This document shows, in pieces, positions 38,509-48,721 of a DNA stretch of 64,000 nt. This stretch comes from a virus (lineage: Duplodnaviria; Caudoviricetes). The stretch's first letter is position 1; every line of letters starts with the position of its first letter. The notes beneath the pieces are model-generated. The model saw only the letters and a program-made list of their open reading frames with translations, had not been told where the DNA came from and did no database searches. The stretch lies in the IMG/VR virus record IMGVR_UViG_3300031993_000006, positions 195,975-259,974 of that record. One strand, given 5' to 3'. A program made the translations under genes and the position numbers.

Positions 38509-39024
38509 TTATTTACCGTTTTCCCTGTGGGGCAACGGATAGAAGTTGAAGTGGGCCAAGAGGGTTTCGCGCAGGGTGCCGAGGTCTTCCGGGTACATAC
38601 GCACATGGCTGGGTCCACCCTCCCTTACGAGGTTCTTGCCCACGCACAGGTTAATCTCCGGGTCGTTGTCCACCCCGTCGATGCTGAACTCGATTTCGTT
38701 ATCGGGAGACGCTTGGATTCCGAGGTCGTCGAAGTCCTTGATTGCCAAGCCGGGGGCATACACGATGTCGCACGAGGCGAACCAAGTGTCGCCTTGCACC
38801 CCGAAGCGGGCGTTGCCTACATAGGCTTCCGGTAGGATGATACCGATAAGGTTCTCGAAGAGGGTGCTGACGCTGACGGTCTTTCCGTCGATGCTGATGT
38901 CGTATTTGCGGTCGCCGTCCTTGAGCCAGCTACATTCATTGGCCGCACGACGGATGATGTCGCGGTAGGCGGTTCCGATTGCGGTACCCGGTGTCTTGCT
39001 GAATGCGGTAATAGATTCGTTCAT
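38509..39024 (-). CDS. Hypothetical protein
   Basis: AAGGAGG RBS after repeat. Confidence 0.7.
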   Translation of the reverse strand: MNESITAFSKTPGTAIGTAYRDIIRRAANECSWLKDGDRKYDISIDGKTVSVSTLFENLIGIILPEAYVGNARFGVQGDTWFASCDIVYAPGLAIKDFDDLGIQASPDNEIEFSIDGVDNDPEINLCVGKNLVREGGPSHVRMYPEDLGTLRETLLAHFNFYPLPHRENGK

Positions 39025-39109
39025 TATAGGCCTCCTTGCCTGTTGATTTCCTTTCCACTCCCCGTATATCCCCGAAGGAGCCTCCCGTGGCTCCCCATGG
39101 GGCTACCCG

Positions 39110-39538
39110 CTAGAACGATATGCGCCTGATTCGCTCGAACGGGACAATCATCCGGCGGTACCCGTCCTTGAATGTCTTTCTCCCGTAGTAAGCCTGCTTC
39201 ATTTTCCCGTAATCGTCCGCGTACCACCCGGACAGCACGGGCTTGCTACCGTAACTGCACCCATTGTCCTGCTTGTAGACGCTGTTCTTGCTTACCACGA
39301 GGTACCCGTCGAACACATCTATCCTGTCGAGGTAGTCGCTAGGCTTCTTGCCCTCGCTCTTGATTACCTGACGGAGCGCGTTGTAGTCGTCGTTCTCGAA
39401 CAGGGCGCTCTCCCCGAGAACCACATCTAGGGTCTCAAGTCCGCATACCCCCGACTCCCCGTCGATGGCTATCGCGCACTTGCCGATTCCGTACTTCTTT
39501 ATCTGCTCCACCATGGAGACTACTGATGACTTCTTCAT
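39110..39538 (-). CDS. Hypothetical protein
   Basis: AAGGAG RBS. Confidence 0.7.
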   Translation of the reverse strand: MKKSSVVSMVEQIKKYGIGKCAIAIDGESGVCGLETLDVVLGESALFENDDYNALRQVIKSEGKKPSDYLDRIDVFDGYLVVSKNSVYKQDNGCSYGSKPVLSGWYADDYGKMKQAYYGRKTFKDGYRRMIVPFERIRRISF

Positions 39539-39592
39539 AGACGATTCTCCTTTAATTCCAAAATTAAAGATTCATAAATTTTATTCCCGAGC

Positions 39593-39865
39593 CTACATCG
39601 GCTTCAGGCTGAACTTCTCCGCGAACGCCCTGCCCTCGCGGACAACCTCGTACCGCTTCCGCTTGAAGGTGATGTACTGCGGCCCCTCGTCGCCCGACCG
39701 GTCGCCCTTCGTACGGCAAACCTTCGTGTCCACCCCGTCGGTAATCAAGAGGGAACCGTAGGGTATCGAGTGGATGTTCCCGAAGAACGGGTATGTCCAC
39801 GACTCTATCCCCGCCACGCGGACTTCTTTGGCGCCCGCCCCCTGTTCCCTATTCGTTGTAGCCAT
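39593..39865 (-). CDS. Hypothetical protein
   Basis: GGAGG RBS after repeat. Confidence 0.65.
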   Translation of the reverse strand: MATTNREQGAGAKEVRVAGIESWTYPFFGNIHSIPYGSLLITDGVDTKVCRTKGDRSGDEGPQYITFKRKRYEVVREGRAFAEKFSLKPM

Positions 39866-39961
39866 ATTCGGCCTCCCTGCATTAAGTGATTTTCCTTTCC
39901 TCTACCCATATACCCCCATAGGCTCTCCCCGTGGCTCCCCATGGGCTACCCGGGTAATATC

Positions 39962-40324
39962 CTAGTCCCTACCCGGGCGGTACGCGTAGAGCTTCTTCAC
40001 CTCCACGGGCTTGCTGTTCCCGCCGAACGCCCCCGCGTCCTCAAGGTCGTCCGCGAAGTCGCTCTCGTATCGCTCCACTAGCACCCGAACATCCTCCGGG
40101 TCGCACTTCCCCGTCCCCGCCCTAGTGATGTCCGGGTAGTACGCCTTTACCTCGTCGTAGTACTGCGTCTCACCGTCCTCCGTGAAAAGACCGCATATCC
40201 AGCTACGCTCCCTGTCCGCTGACCTCTCCCAAAACAAAATCGCGGGAAACCACTTCCTGGCGTACTTGTTGTATTCCTGACGGAGAACGTACACATTCTC
40301 CCAAGTCTTTACCTGCTTGTCCAT
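39962..40324 (-). CDS. Hypothetical protein
   Basis: AGGAGG RBS after repeat. Confidence 0.65.
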   Translation of the reverse strand: MDKQVKTWENVYVLRQEYNKYARKWFPAILFWERSADRERSWICGLFTEDGETQYYDEVKAYYPDITRAGTGKCDPEDVRVLVERYESDFADDLEDAGAFGGNSKPVEVKKLYAYRPGRD

Positions 40325-40419
40325 ATAAGCCTCCTGCGGCAATCAAAAATTTTCCTTTCCTATCCCCATATACCCCTATAGGCTCTCCCCGTGGCTCCCC
40401 ATGGGATTCCCGGGTAACC

Positions 40420-40527
40420 CTACCACGGCTTGAGCGTGAATGTAGGCTTGTATTGGTCGCGCTTGATTTTTATCTCGTAGCGCTTGCGCCTGAAAGTGAT
40501 GATGTGTAGGTATGCGCCTTTCTCCAT
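40420..40527 (-). CDS. 35-aa peptide, paralog of the C-terminus of 39593-39865
   Basis: IITFRRKRYEI...FTLKPW versus YITFKRKRYEV...FSLKPM. Confidence 0.55.
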   Translation of the reverse strand: MEKGAYLHIITFRRKRYEIKIKRDQYKPTFTLKPW

Positions 40528-40566
40528 AATGTTAGCCTCAACTAATAAATAAAATTTTCCTGTTTC

Positions 40567-41112
40567 CTAGTACACGATGCTCTTGATGTACTCCGCCGGA
40601 ATCGAGAGGTTGTGCATCAACCTGCTGTGGCTGACCCCAAACCCCGACTTCTCGATTTTGCGCTGATGTACCGCGCCTGAATCTTCCCGGTGGAAAGTCA
40701 CGATTTCGTTGGTACAGTTCTTCGGGCGCATTTCCTCGTCGGGAACTTCAAGGTAGCCGTTCTTCTTATTGTTCAGGTTGATAATGTTTGAATGAAAGTA
40801 GTCCACGGCAAGGTGACGGAGCGTGAATGTCACTATCCCGCTCGCCTCGTCCGCATGGTAGCTGTCGAGGTAGTCCTCCAGCTTCTCGGGCGGGTCCAGC
40901 ATGGCGAGGGATTCCTTGAGGTCGTCCGTCTCGCGCTTCCCGCACGGGTAACCCGTGAGGTACAGGTCGATTTCCTCCACGTTGGATGTCCGGTCGTCGC
41001 CCCCGCCCGCCGAGAATACCTTGCCGGGGACGATGTAGCTAACCCTAGCCACCCCCGAACCCCTCGAACTCCTCGCGAAGTTAATCGCGGATTCTATAGC
41101 CTTTATGTCCAT
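40567..41112 (-). CDS. Hypothetical protein
   Basis: GGAGG RBS before MDIKAIE. Confidence 0.7.
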   Translation of the reverse strand: MDIKAIESAINFARSSRGSGVARVSYIVPGKVFSAGGGDDRTSNVEEIDLYLTGYPCGKRETDDLKESLAMLDPPEKLEDYLDSYHADEASGIVTFTLRHLAVDYFHSNIINLNNKKNGYLEVPDEEMRPKNCTNEIVTFHREDSGAVHQRKIEKSGFGVSHSRLMHNLSIPAEYIKSIVY

Positions 41113-41199
41113 GTATGCCTCCCAGCAAATAAAAGTTTTACCTGTTTCCTCCAACCATATACCCACATAGCGTCCACCCGTAGCCCCCCATGGTCTACC

Positions 41200-41970
41200 C
41201 GGGTAACTCCATAGGGCAAACAGGGGAGATACTTCAGACTGATATACGGGAGCTACACGGGGGAACCCATCGGGCGAATACATAGGGAACCCATAGGAGA
41301 AACCATAGGGAACCCATAGGAGCCAATAGGGAGAAAACAAAAAATAAAAAATAAAAATCCCCCATAGCCACGGAATCCACAGAAACGGCCACGGGAGCCA
41401 TCGCAGATACGGACCCTCCCCTCTATACCCTAGAACCACCGCAGGGGCTACGCGCCCCGTTTCCCGGCTCCCTGCAAGGGGTACTCCCCCGAAGGTACCC
41501 CACCCCGTCCACGAACACCCCCTCGCACGGGCGAACACGGGGTGCCACGGGGGAGGACCTACGGGGTACTATGGGGCCACCTGTGCGGATGTGCAGGGGG
41601 TCTGCCCGGATGTGCAGTGGGGCTAACTCGGGGGTTAGGGGGGTTAAACCCGTGTTCAACGACAGGTTCATCCCGCGCTTCCCCAAAAGCTCAACCCGAG
41701 TTAGCTCCGTCTAACAACCCGTGTGTCCCCCAAGTGTCCCCCAAGTGTCCCCCAAGTGGCTCCCGACCGCCGAGGGGAATTAGCCGGGGCTAAGTGGGTG
41801 AACAGGTGTGCAGTACGGAGGGGCTACTGAGGAGAACCGGACGGGGCCACGCATGGCGCCCCATGGAGCTACCCGGTGGGGAACATATAGGAACCGTGGG
41901 ACAGCCGGATGCGTTTTTGGAACAGGGACTTTGAAAAATAAAAAATAACCCCTGGCCGGGGAGGGCAGGG
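41200..41970. other. Non-coding region with short tandem repeats; candidate replication origin
   Basis: CATAGG-type repeats 41281-41336, A-tracts, (GTGTCCCCCAA)x3 at 41723-41758, C-rich to G-rich switch near 41530. Confidence 0.5.
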
Positions 41971-41976
41971 GCGCTA

Positions 41977-42264
41977 CCGTTAGCTGAAACCTACTTAAAT
42001 CTACCAAGAGATAGACCTATGTGATTTCCTACCTTGCTCATTGCGGAGTAGGCTGTAACGGTACTTAATCAACCGTATCTACGCGATATACCTAATATGC
42101 ATCAAGCGACACGGCTAATTTACCTAATCCTACTTCCTTGCGGAAGAGCCTTAACACGGTCGGCATATCAAACTAGGCATTTTTAAATATACGTTATTTC
42201 CATTAGCAGATTTAAGTATATTTAGTTAAATTTTGTTAACATTTTTGTTAACTGCTATCAACCC
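41977..42264 (-). mobile_element. ORF-less IS607-like miniature element with structured RNA, copy 2
   Basis: Reverse-complement homolog of 2825-3122. Confidence 0.7.
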
Positions 42265-42299
42265 CGCGATGGGAGCGGGGAGCAGGTAGGAGGCAAATT

Positions 42300-42527
42300 C
42301 TATTCGTCTTCCTCGGGGTCTAAGTCTACGGACTCCACGGTGTCCAAGGAGTCGATTCCGTAATACGAGGCGGTGTCGCGGTCGTTCTTGAGGATGACGG
42401 TATCGTTGTCCGTGATGCCCTCGTTTTCGAGCTTCGCCTTGAGCTTGCCCCAGGAGATACCCGAGACATCCGCCGGGCTGTACCCGTTGGACCCCATGTT
42501 GATGATGAATGCGGTCTTTCTTGCCAT
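42300..42527 (-). CDS. Hypothetical protein
   Basis: AAGGAG RBS. Confidence 0.65.
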   Translation of the reverse strand: MARKTAFIINMGSNGYSPADVSGISWGKLKAKLENEGITDNDTVILKNDRDTASYYGIDSLDTVESVDLDPEEDE

Positions 42528-42538
42528 AGTGATACTCC

Positions 42539-42745
42539 TTACTTGCCGTTGTCGTGGTCCGGCGCGAGGACGGTGAGAGTTACAGATACGAGACCTGTCG
42601 GGTGTTCCCTGAGTACGGATTCGAGCGCGTCACGGAAGCCGTTGGAGTTGAAAGTGGTCATCGTGCCTTTCTGCGGGACGAAAGCCTTGGTGGATTCATC
42701 GTATGCGAATGTGGTGTATTCGGACTTGAATTGCTGTGTTGCCAT
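42539..42745 (-). CDS. Hypothetical protein
   Basis: GAGGA RBS. Confidence 0.6.
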   Translation of the reverse strand: MATQQFKSEYTTFAYDESTKAFVPQKGTMTTFNSNGFRDALESVLREHPTGLVSVTLTVLAPDHDNGK

Positions 42746-42824
42746 AATGATTGTTCCTCTAGGTGAAAATTGAAAAATAAAACCTGGGAATCCCCTGTAG
42801 AGGACCCCGGGGTGATAATGGGGG

Positions 42825-43505
42825 TTAGGTATTGTCAGCCCCGAGGTTGTCCGCGAAAGACTGTGCGGAGAATGCCTCGGCTACGCGACCGATTGGGTTG
42901 TTGAGGGGACGGCCCTCGTTCTTGCGGGCCTCGATGGATGCCGCGATGGCGGTGTACGCATCGGAGAACGACTTTTCGGCCGGGAGGTCATAGGCGTGTA
43001 CGGGCTTTCCGTCGGGACCCTGCTCGTAGATTTTCGGGATGAACGCGTCCGGGTAGACTTCGTTGTCGAGTTCTACGGAGTCCTTTTCGAGGAACTCGTC
43101 GAGCTTCTTGCAGGTATCCTTTACGGACTGGCCTGCATTTTCGATGGTTTCCTTGAGGTCGGAGATTTCGTCGGCCTGCGATTGGAGCTTGGTCTTGGCG
43201 TCTTCGAGTTCGGATTCGAGGTCTTCGCACTTGTCCTTGAGTTCGTCATAGGCGGAATCGTCACGGGTAGCGCTAGGGGTTACCTGTGGTGTCACCCGTG
43301 GGGTGGCGGTAGGGAACCCGATGCCCGAGACTGCGCGACGGAGGTAGTCTCCTGCGAAGAAGAGGATAAGTAATCCCGTGACCACGACTTCGACGATGGC
43401 GGTCGCCGTGGCCTTGCCGAGGGCGATGAGGACGATGTTCGCGAGGAATGTGAGTACTACACCGATTGCAACGACGTAGATGAGTTTTTTGGCGATAGAG
43501 GTCAT
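42825..43505 (-). CDS. Membrane protein (2 TM) with coiled coil
   Basis: AAGGAG RBS before MTSIAKK. Confidence 0.7.
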   Translation of the reverse strand: MTSIAKKLIYVVAIGVVLTFLANIVLIALGKATATAIVEVVVTGLLILFFAGDYLRRAVSGIGFPTATPRVTPQVTPSATRDDSAYDELKDKCEDLESELEDAKTKLQSQADEISDLKETIENAGQSVKDTCKKLDEFLEKDSVELDNEVYPDAFIPKIYEQGPDGKPVHAYDLPAEKSFSDAYTAIAASIEARKNEGRPLNNPIGRVAEAFSAQSFADNLGADNT

Positions 43506-43618
43506 ATTGTTGTCTCCTTTATGATTGATTAAAGATTTTTTGTTGTAGCCCCCGAGGGGCAAGACGGGTATGCCCCCGAGGTATCTCCGCGTGGCTCCCC
43601 ATGGGGAACCGGGGTGGG

Positions 43619-44059
43619 TTACTTGATGAAGTCGGCGATTGCCTTGAAAGTGGCTTCGCAGAAGTCGCCGGAGATGTCGTCGCCCGTGACGGTGTTCACC
43701 ACGGTAACCCTTGGGTTCTCGCCGGGGAGGATTTCCATCTTGAGCTGGAAGTCGGTGCAGGCCCCCTTGTACTTCCTGTCCTTGATGGACTTGACGGTGT
43801 AGATGTGGAACCACCCGATGAACGCCTCGGACTGCGAGGATTCGGGTTCGTCCATCTTGAACGACTCGGCGGGGTCTACGGTGAACTTTCCTTCAGAGTA
43901 GAACATGAGGCACGATTTGAGTGCCTGACGGCAGGACAGTGCGAACTTATTGTAGGTCGGGATGAAGTGCGCGATGGCGGCCCCGAGGTCGCTTACCGCT
44001 TTGGGGGAGAATCCCTTGTTTTCGGATTCGGTGGTCTTGGTTTCAGTTTCGTTTGCCAT
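43619..44059 (-). CDS. Hypothetical protein
   Basis: AAGGAG RBS after repeat. Confidence 0.7.
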   Translation of the reverse strand: MANETETKTTESENKGFSPKAVSDLGAAIAHFIPTYNKFALSCRQALKSCLMFYSEGKFTVDPAESFKMDEPESSQSEAFIGWFHIYTVKSIKDRKYKGACTDFQLKMEILPGENPRVTVVNTVTGDDISGDFCEATFKAIADFIK

Positions 44060-44161
44060 AATGAGTTAGCTCCTTTAAGTTTCAGGTTAGGCGCCCCGAG
44101 GGGCATCCGTGGTATATCCCGGGTGGCTCCTCCCGTGGCGCCCCATGGGTAACCCGGGTGG

Positions 44162-44392
44162 TCATCTGTTGACATAGGCGGGGTTCCACGGGTCGGGAAG
44201 TTCGGCCTTGTGTTCGCGCTCGCAGTCGGAACATACATAGACGTGGGCGACGGAGCGGTAGGTCGGTTTTCTACAGAACTTGCAGAGGTGGCGAGTCCCT
44301 GCGGTCTCGGACTTGCGGTGGTAGCCGGGGTCTCCGTAGCAGGTGTCGATTTTGGCGGGCGGGTTGGTGTTGGTTGGCCATATTGCAGACAT
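44162..44392 (-). CDS. Small Zn-finger protein
   Basis: CKFC...CSDC; AAGGAG RBS. Confidence 0.6.
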   Translation of the reverse strand: MSAIWPTNTNPPAKIDTCYGDPGYHRKSETAGTRHLCKFCRKPTYRSVAHVYVCSDCEREHKAELPDPWNPAYVNR

Positions 44393-44461
44393 ATCTTCTC
44401 CTTCGGGCGCATCCGGGGAGTACCCGGGTGTAGGCCACATGTCAAATATAGCGAAAGCTGG

Positions 44462-44635
44462 CTACTTGAATGTCTTTTTGGCCAAGTGGGGCTTCCCGTC
44501 GGGTCCGATTTCGGGCCAGATGACCTGTTTGCCCTTGGTGACGAAGTGGGAGAAGATGTCCTTTTGGCCCAGTCCCTTTTCCTTTACTAGAGTTTCTTGG
44601 ATGAAGTTGTTGGCCTGTTCGGTGTATTCTGCCAT
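44462..44635 (-). CDS. Hypothetical protein (57 aa)
   Basis: Manual translation MAEYTEQANNF...; AAGGAGG RBS. Confidence 0.55.
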   Translation of the reverse strand: MAEYTEQANNFIQETLVKEKGLGQKDIFSHFVTKGKQVIWPEIGPDGKPHLAKKTFK

Positions 44636-44646
44636 GTGGGGCCTCC

Positions 44647-45273
44647 TTATGCGGTCAGCTTCGCCTTGGCCCGTTTGTAGACTTTCTCCGCGAGCTTCAT
44701 CGCTATTGCGAACGCCTGCTTTGCGAGCGGGGTGTCGAGTTTGACCGTGACTTTATTGTAGTCACTTATGCCGTAGGCGGGGGACGCGAAGATTGCGAAG
44801 TCGTAGGTTGTCCCGTTGGTTCCGGACTGCTTGAGGGAGCAGTATGGAATCTTTGCGTATTTCGAGAGCGGGTCCGCGATGAACTCAAGGGTGAGCTGTC
44901 GGATTAGCGCCACGGGTGTCCTCGTTGGGTACTTGCCGTGGAGGTACTTGCCTAGCCGGATGCTGTACCCGTACCAGTACTGTTCGCGGTTGTTGGCGAT
45001 GGCGAAGGCTAGGGCGCCTATGCGCTTTGCGGTACGGTGAGCCACCCCGGAAGCCTCAAGGGAGTCCACGATATTGTCCCGGTTGAACGGCCATTTGGGG
45101 GTCTCGTGTCGGGGTAGCGGTCCGTTGCGGAGGATGGTTGCTCGTACGAGCTTGCCTAGTTTGTGACGGAGTTCCCACGGCCTGTATGTGGGGTTGAAGT
45201 AACCAAGGGATTCCTGCGCGAGCTGTGCCGCGCTTTCCTTGATAAGCTTCTTGGATGGTATCTTGGGTTTCAT
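44647..45273 (-). CDS. Hypothetical basic protein
   Basis: AGGAG RBS after repeat. Confidence 0.7.
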   Translation of the reverse strand: MKPKIPSKKLIKESAAQLAQESLGYFNPTYRPWELRHKLGKLVRATILRNGPLPRHETPKWPFNRDNIVDSLEASGVAHRTAKRIGALAFAIANNREQYWYGYSIRLGKYLHGKYPTRTPVALIRQLTLEFIADPLSKYAKIPYCSLKQSGTNGTTYDFAIFASPAYGISDYNKVTVKLDTPLAKQAFAIAMKLAEKVYKRAKAKLTA

Positions 45274-45454
45274 AGGTCTAGCTCCTGTTTCGCCCCGGGT
45301 ATCTCCCGGGTGGACCCGCCCGTAGCCCCTCATGGAGCTACCCGGTGGGAGATATAGCGACCGGTCGGGAGCAGGCGGACGCCGGGGCGAACAAGAAACC
45401 CCCCGGGGGCTAACCCGGGGGCAAGGAGGCCAACTGTTATGACGCAGATTGAAA

Positions 45455-45763
45455 TTACTTTAGGAATAGTTCTAGGGAATCGTCGTAGCGTTGGGCGGTG
45501 AAGTCGAGTTCGGGCATCGATTCCCACGGGAATGTGGGGGCTTTCCTGTTCATGTTGAGCCACGGGGCTTCAATCTTGAGTGCGTCCGGGATGACCCTGA
45601 ACTTGACTTCTTCGGTGGTGTCCTGTGCGACGAGCTTTACCTTGTAGTACTCCTCGAACTGCCTGATGGTGTTAAGGCATTGGGCGATTCCGTCGATTGC
45701 CTGTTGGGGAATCGGCGGGGTCGCTGGGGTGTTCTGTTCGGGGGTTTCCTGTTCTTCTGCCAT
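45455..45763 (-). CDS. Hypothetical protein
   Basis: Follows GCTATATTTG motif; AAGGA RBS. Confidence 0.65.
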   Translation of the reverse strand: MAEEQETPEQNTPATPPIPQQAIDGIAQCLNTIRQFEEYYKVKLVAQDTTEEVKFRVIPDALKIEAPWLNMNRKAPTFPWESMPELDFTAQRYDDSLELFLK

Positions 45764-45800
45764 ATCTAGATTCCTTTTTTGATTCAAATATAGCAAAAGT

Positions 45801-46535
45801 TTAGCCGTTTTGGAGTCTCATCTTGTTCTTTTCGGGGTAGACGAAGTGGTCGTACGAGGAGTCGAACGAATGGAGGCCGAGGTCGAGCATCGGAACCTTG
45901 TCTTTCTTGATTTCGGCATCCGGCTGATAGATGTCGGAATCGATGTTGGCGCTCTCCGGGAGTACGAATACGGACTGCGTGGAGTTGAGGTTCGTGTCAA
46001 TCCACAGGTTCACGCAGTTCTTCTTGCAGAGTTCCTTGATTGCCTCGATGTGGGGCTTGATGAGGGCCGAGACATTTACCGCGTGGGCGAGGTCGGGGTC
46101 GGTATTCTTGAGGATGGAGTTGAACTTGGCCTTGTACATGGTCCTGAGCAGGCCGAGGATATTGAAGATTGGCGTGGCGTAGTCCGCGAACTTCTTGAGG
46201 TCGAACCCGGAGTCTTCGCGTTCGGTGTCCCCCCATTCGGGAAGCAGGGCATCTGCATCGTCCACGATGACCCCGCGTACACTGTATGAGTCCTTTTCAA
46301 CATAGAAGTCGATGCGGGCTTGATATTCGGTGCTGGAGAGCCAATGGGGTTTGAAATTAAAAATAAATTGGAGCGTCGTCCCGAACATCAGGTATTCGCG
46401 GGAATCCACGAGGTCGTCCTGCTTGCCGATTACGGATTTGAGTACGGAGAGGAGTTCCTGACGGCGGATTGGGTTTTCTCGGTCGGTGTTCGGGATTGCC
46501 TGATAGGTGGTGAGAACTGTAGCGAGGGCGTTCAT
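45801..46535 (-). CDS. Hypothetical protein
   Basis: AAGGAG RBS. Confidence 0.7.
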   Translation of the reverse strand: MNALATVLTTYQAIPNTDRENPIRRQELLSVLKSVIGKQDDLVDSREYLMFGTTLQFIFNFKPHWLSSTEYQARIDFYVEKDSYSVRGVIVDDADALLPEWGDTEREDSGFDLKKFADYATPIFNILGLLRTMYKAKFNSILKNTDPDLAHAVNVSALIKPHIEAIKELCKKNCVNLWIDTNLNSTQSVFVLPESANIDSDIYQPDAEIKKDKVPMLDLGLHSFDSSYDHFVYPEKNKMRLQNG

Positions 46536-46559
46536 ATATTAGGCTCCTTGTGTAAAAAA

Positions 46560-46919
46560 TTATTTTCTAAGCGGTTTAACCCACTTGTTAGTGTTGAAAC
46601 GCTTTCCATCACGACCTGCCTTAACCATTACCCAACGGTCTTTGAGGGCACGGGGGAGGCTGTCATTGATGTGTTCGAGAACCTGCGAGTTGCTTGTGAT
46701 GGTATCGTAGTAGCCGACAATATCCTTGTAGTCGCCATTGTCGCCGTGGCTAACACGCACCACATACTTGCCGCGCTTGCCATACGCTGTAATCTTGTCG
46801 AGGCTGATGGGAGACAGCTTATCACGCTTTGCAAGGATGATGTTGCTGATGGCTACGACAATGTTCTTACGGGCCTTATTGCTGATATTAATGTACCGAC
46901 CTTTAAAATAATCTTTCAT
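46560..46919 (-). CDS. Hypothetical basic protein
   Basis: Lower-GC ORF starting MKDYFKG. Confidence 0.6.
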   Translation of the reverse strand: MKDYFKGRYINISNKARKNIVVAISNIILAKRDKLSPISLDKITAYGKRGKYVVRVSHGDNGDYKDIVGYYDTITSNSQVLEHINDSLPRALKDRWVMVKAGRDGKRFNTNKWVKPLRK

Positions 46920-46944
46920 ATTAAACCTAAAATAAAAAATATTT

Positions 46945-47319
46945 TTAGAGTGTCCCGTACTCCACTTCCTTGTCGCGGAGTACGTTGTAGGCCCACACGG
47001 TAACCTCCTGTGCATCCATAATCGCGGTTGTGCCACCATAGGGGTCGATGAGTGCATCGATGTTCGGGGCGATGTACACGACAATCTTCTTCCTGCGGGT
47101 GCCGTCGTCGATGGTGATGCGGGTGTCTAGACTGTAGGTCGGGTACTTGGCGATATGGTGGTACTGGTCCTCGAACTTGATGGGTTCCTTGAGCGGTTCC
47201 ACGGTGAAGCGGAACCCGTGCTCTTTGAGGAGGCGGAGCAGTTCCGTGTAGCACCTGTCGTATCTGCGGTGGCGGGTCTTCTTTTTGCCCGTGTTTGGGA
47301 AGTTTTCTGTGTTGGCCAT
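46945..47319 (-). CDS. Hypothetical protein
   Basis: AAGGAG RBS after repeat. Confidence 0.7.
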   Translation of the reverse strand: MANTENFPNTGKKKTRHRRYDRCYTELLRLLKEHGFRFTVEPLKEPIKFEDQYHHIAKYPTYSLDTRITIDDGTRRKKIVVYIAPNIDALIDPYGGTTAIMDAQEVTVWAYNVLRDKEVEYGTL

Positions 47320-47412
47320 AATGGTAGCTCCTTTGGATGGTTAGGCGGGTCCGCCCGTGGTATCTCCCGGGTAGCACCGCCCGTGGCTCCCCATGGGGAA
47401 CCGGGTGGGTTA

Positions 47413-47805
47413 CTACAGGTCGTTGAGGTCGTGCCGGGTGATGGTCCACTTGGCGTGTGTTCCCTCGCTGTCGATTTGGATTTCGAGGGACTTTGCTTTG
47501 GATGTGATGTATTCGGTGAGGTCTTTCACATTCTTGTATTCCTGTTCGCCGTCGATTGATTCTACGGTATCGTAGTCGATTTCCCCGGTCTTGGGGTTGA
47601 TTGCTTCGTTGTCGTTGAGGTACCTGATGGCTACCTCGTTGAGCCTTTCGCGGGCTTTCTCGATGGTAAGGCGCACGGCGGGTTCGACTTCGATTTCCCC
47701 GGAGTGCCTGTCGCTTGCGGTACAGGACAGGGTGAAGATAGTGGAGCCATAGGGGAGCCACTTATTGGTGTTCTTGTTGTAGCGGAAGAGTTTGAGTTTG
47801 GACAT
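47413..47805 (-). CDS. Hypothetical protein
   Basis: AAGGAG RBS after repeat. Confidence 0.7.
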   Translation of the reverse strand: MSKLKLFRYNKNTNKWLPYGSTIFTLSCTASDRHSGEIEVEPAVRLTIEKARERLNEVAIRYLNDNEAINPKTGEIDYDTVESIDGEQEYKNVKDLTEYITSKAKSLEIQIDSEGTHAKWTITRHDLNDL

Positions 47806-47961
47806 TGATAACTCCTTTGGTTTCCAAGCGTGGTATCCCCCGGGTGGCGCCTCCCGTGGCTCCCCATGGGGAAACGGGTGGGTTACTGTGGATGGTTAAG
47901 GTTATGTGTCGTCAGTGTTCTTGTATGTGCACTCGATGACCGCTTGCTTCATATAGTTTCC

Positions 47962-48378
47962 TTATACATCATGCCTGGTGAACGCAAACACATAGCACAT
48001 CCGGGCATGGGCGGGCTTGTTCTCTTCGCTTTTCGGCTCGATTACTGCGTCGTGGCGGTTGTAGATGACCGCGTTGATGAGTGCCCGTCGGACTTGACAT
48101 TCCTTGAAGCGACCGTCCACGGAACACTCGAATCGCCCGAGTGGAGTGGGGGCGACGGTCGGGGCATTTGCAAGCGCTTGTGCATATCCGGCACTTTTGC
48201 CGACGCGGTAGAAATAAGTTTTCTGCTTGCGGCTTCCCTTAGCACACACTTCATTCAGCTTTTGCGGGTTGGTTGCTGCAAGGTATTCCCTAATGGACAT
48301 GGTTTTCTTCATAGGGGTGGGGTCCGCGCTGATGTTGCCGAAGCAATCGCGATAAAGTACGATGCTATAATGGGTCAT
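47962..48378 (-). CDS. Hypothetical protein
   Basis: GGAG RBS after repeat. Confidence 0.65.
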   Translation of the reverse strand: MTHYSIVLYRDCFGNISADPTPMKKTMSIREYLAATNPQKLNEVCAKGSRKQKTYFYRVGKSAGYAQALANAPTVAPTPLGRFECSVDGRFKECQVRRALINAVIYNRHDAVIEPKSEENKPAHARMCYVFAFTRHDV

Positions 48379-48556
48379 GATGCTATCTCCGTTTGATATG
48401 CCGTCTATGTGAAGGGAAGTACACCCCCGTGGGCGCTACCCGTGACTAGTTCCGCCAGTGGTATTACCCGGGTGGGTCCGCCCGTGGCTCCCCATGGGGA
48501 ACCGGGTGGTACATAGGGAGGCGCTGTATGTTCCCGGGCGGACGGCGGGGTAAAGG

Positions 48557-48586
48557 AAAGCCCCCGGGAGCACCGGGGGCTTGTTA
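48557..48586 (-). terminator. Intrinsic terminator (near-identical copy at 50441-50468)
   Basis: AAGCCCCCGG-loop-CCGGGGGCTT followed by T-run on minus strand. Confidence 0.75.
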
Positions 48587-48721
48587 TTAGGAACCTATGG
48601 AAGTATTAAGATTTTACAAAAGTAAATTTACAAAATTTTTTTCTAGGTTGTGTATATGTAAGTTAAAAGTATTTGTAAAATTAAACTTACAATTCATTCT
48701 CAGGGTACCATTCGGCGAACC

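Noticed and set aside
40567-41538. 323-aa ORF and other N-terminal extensions containing PWGATG / VAPHG
   Set aside because: These peptides are translations of the repeat element; real starts follow downstream RBSs.
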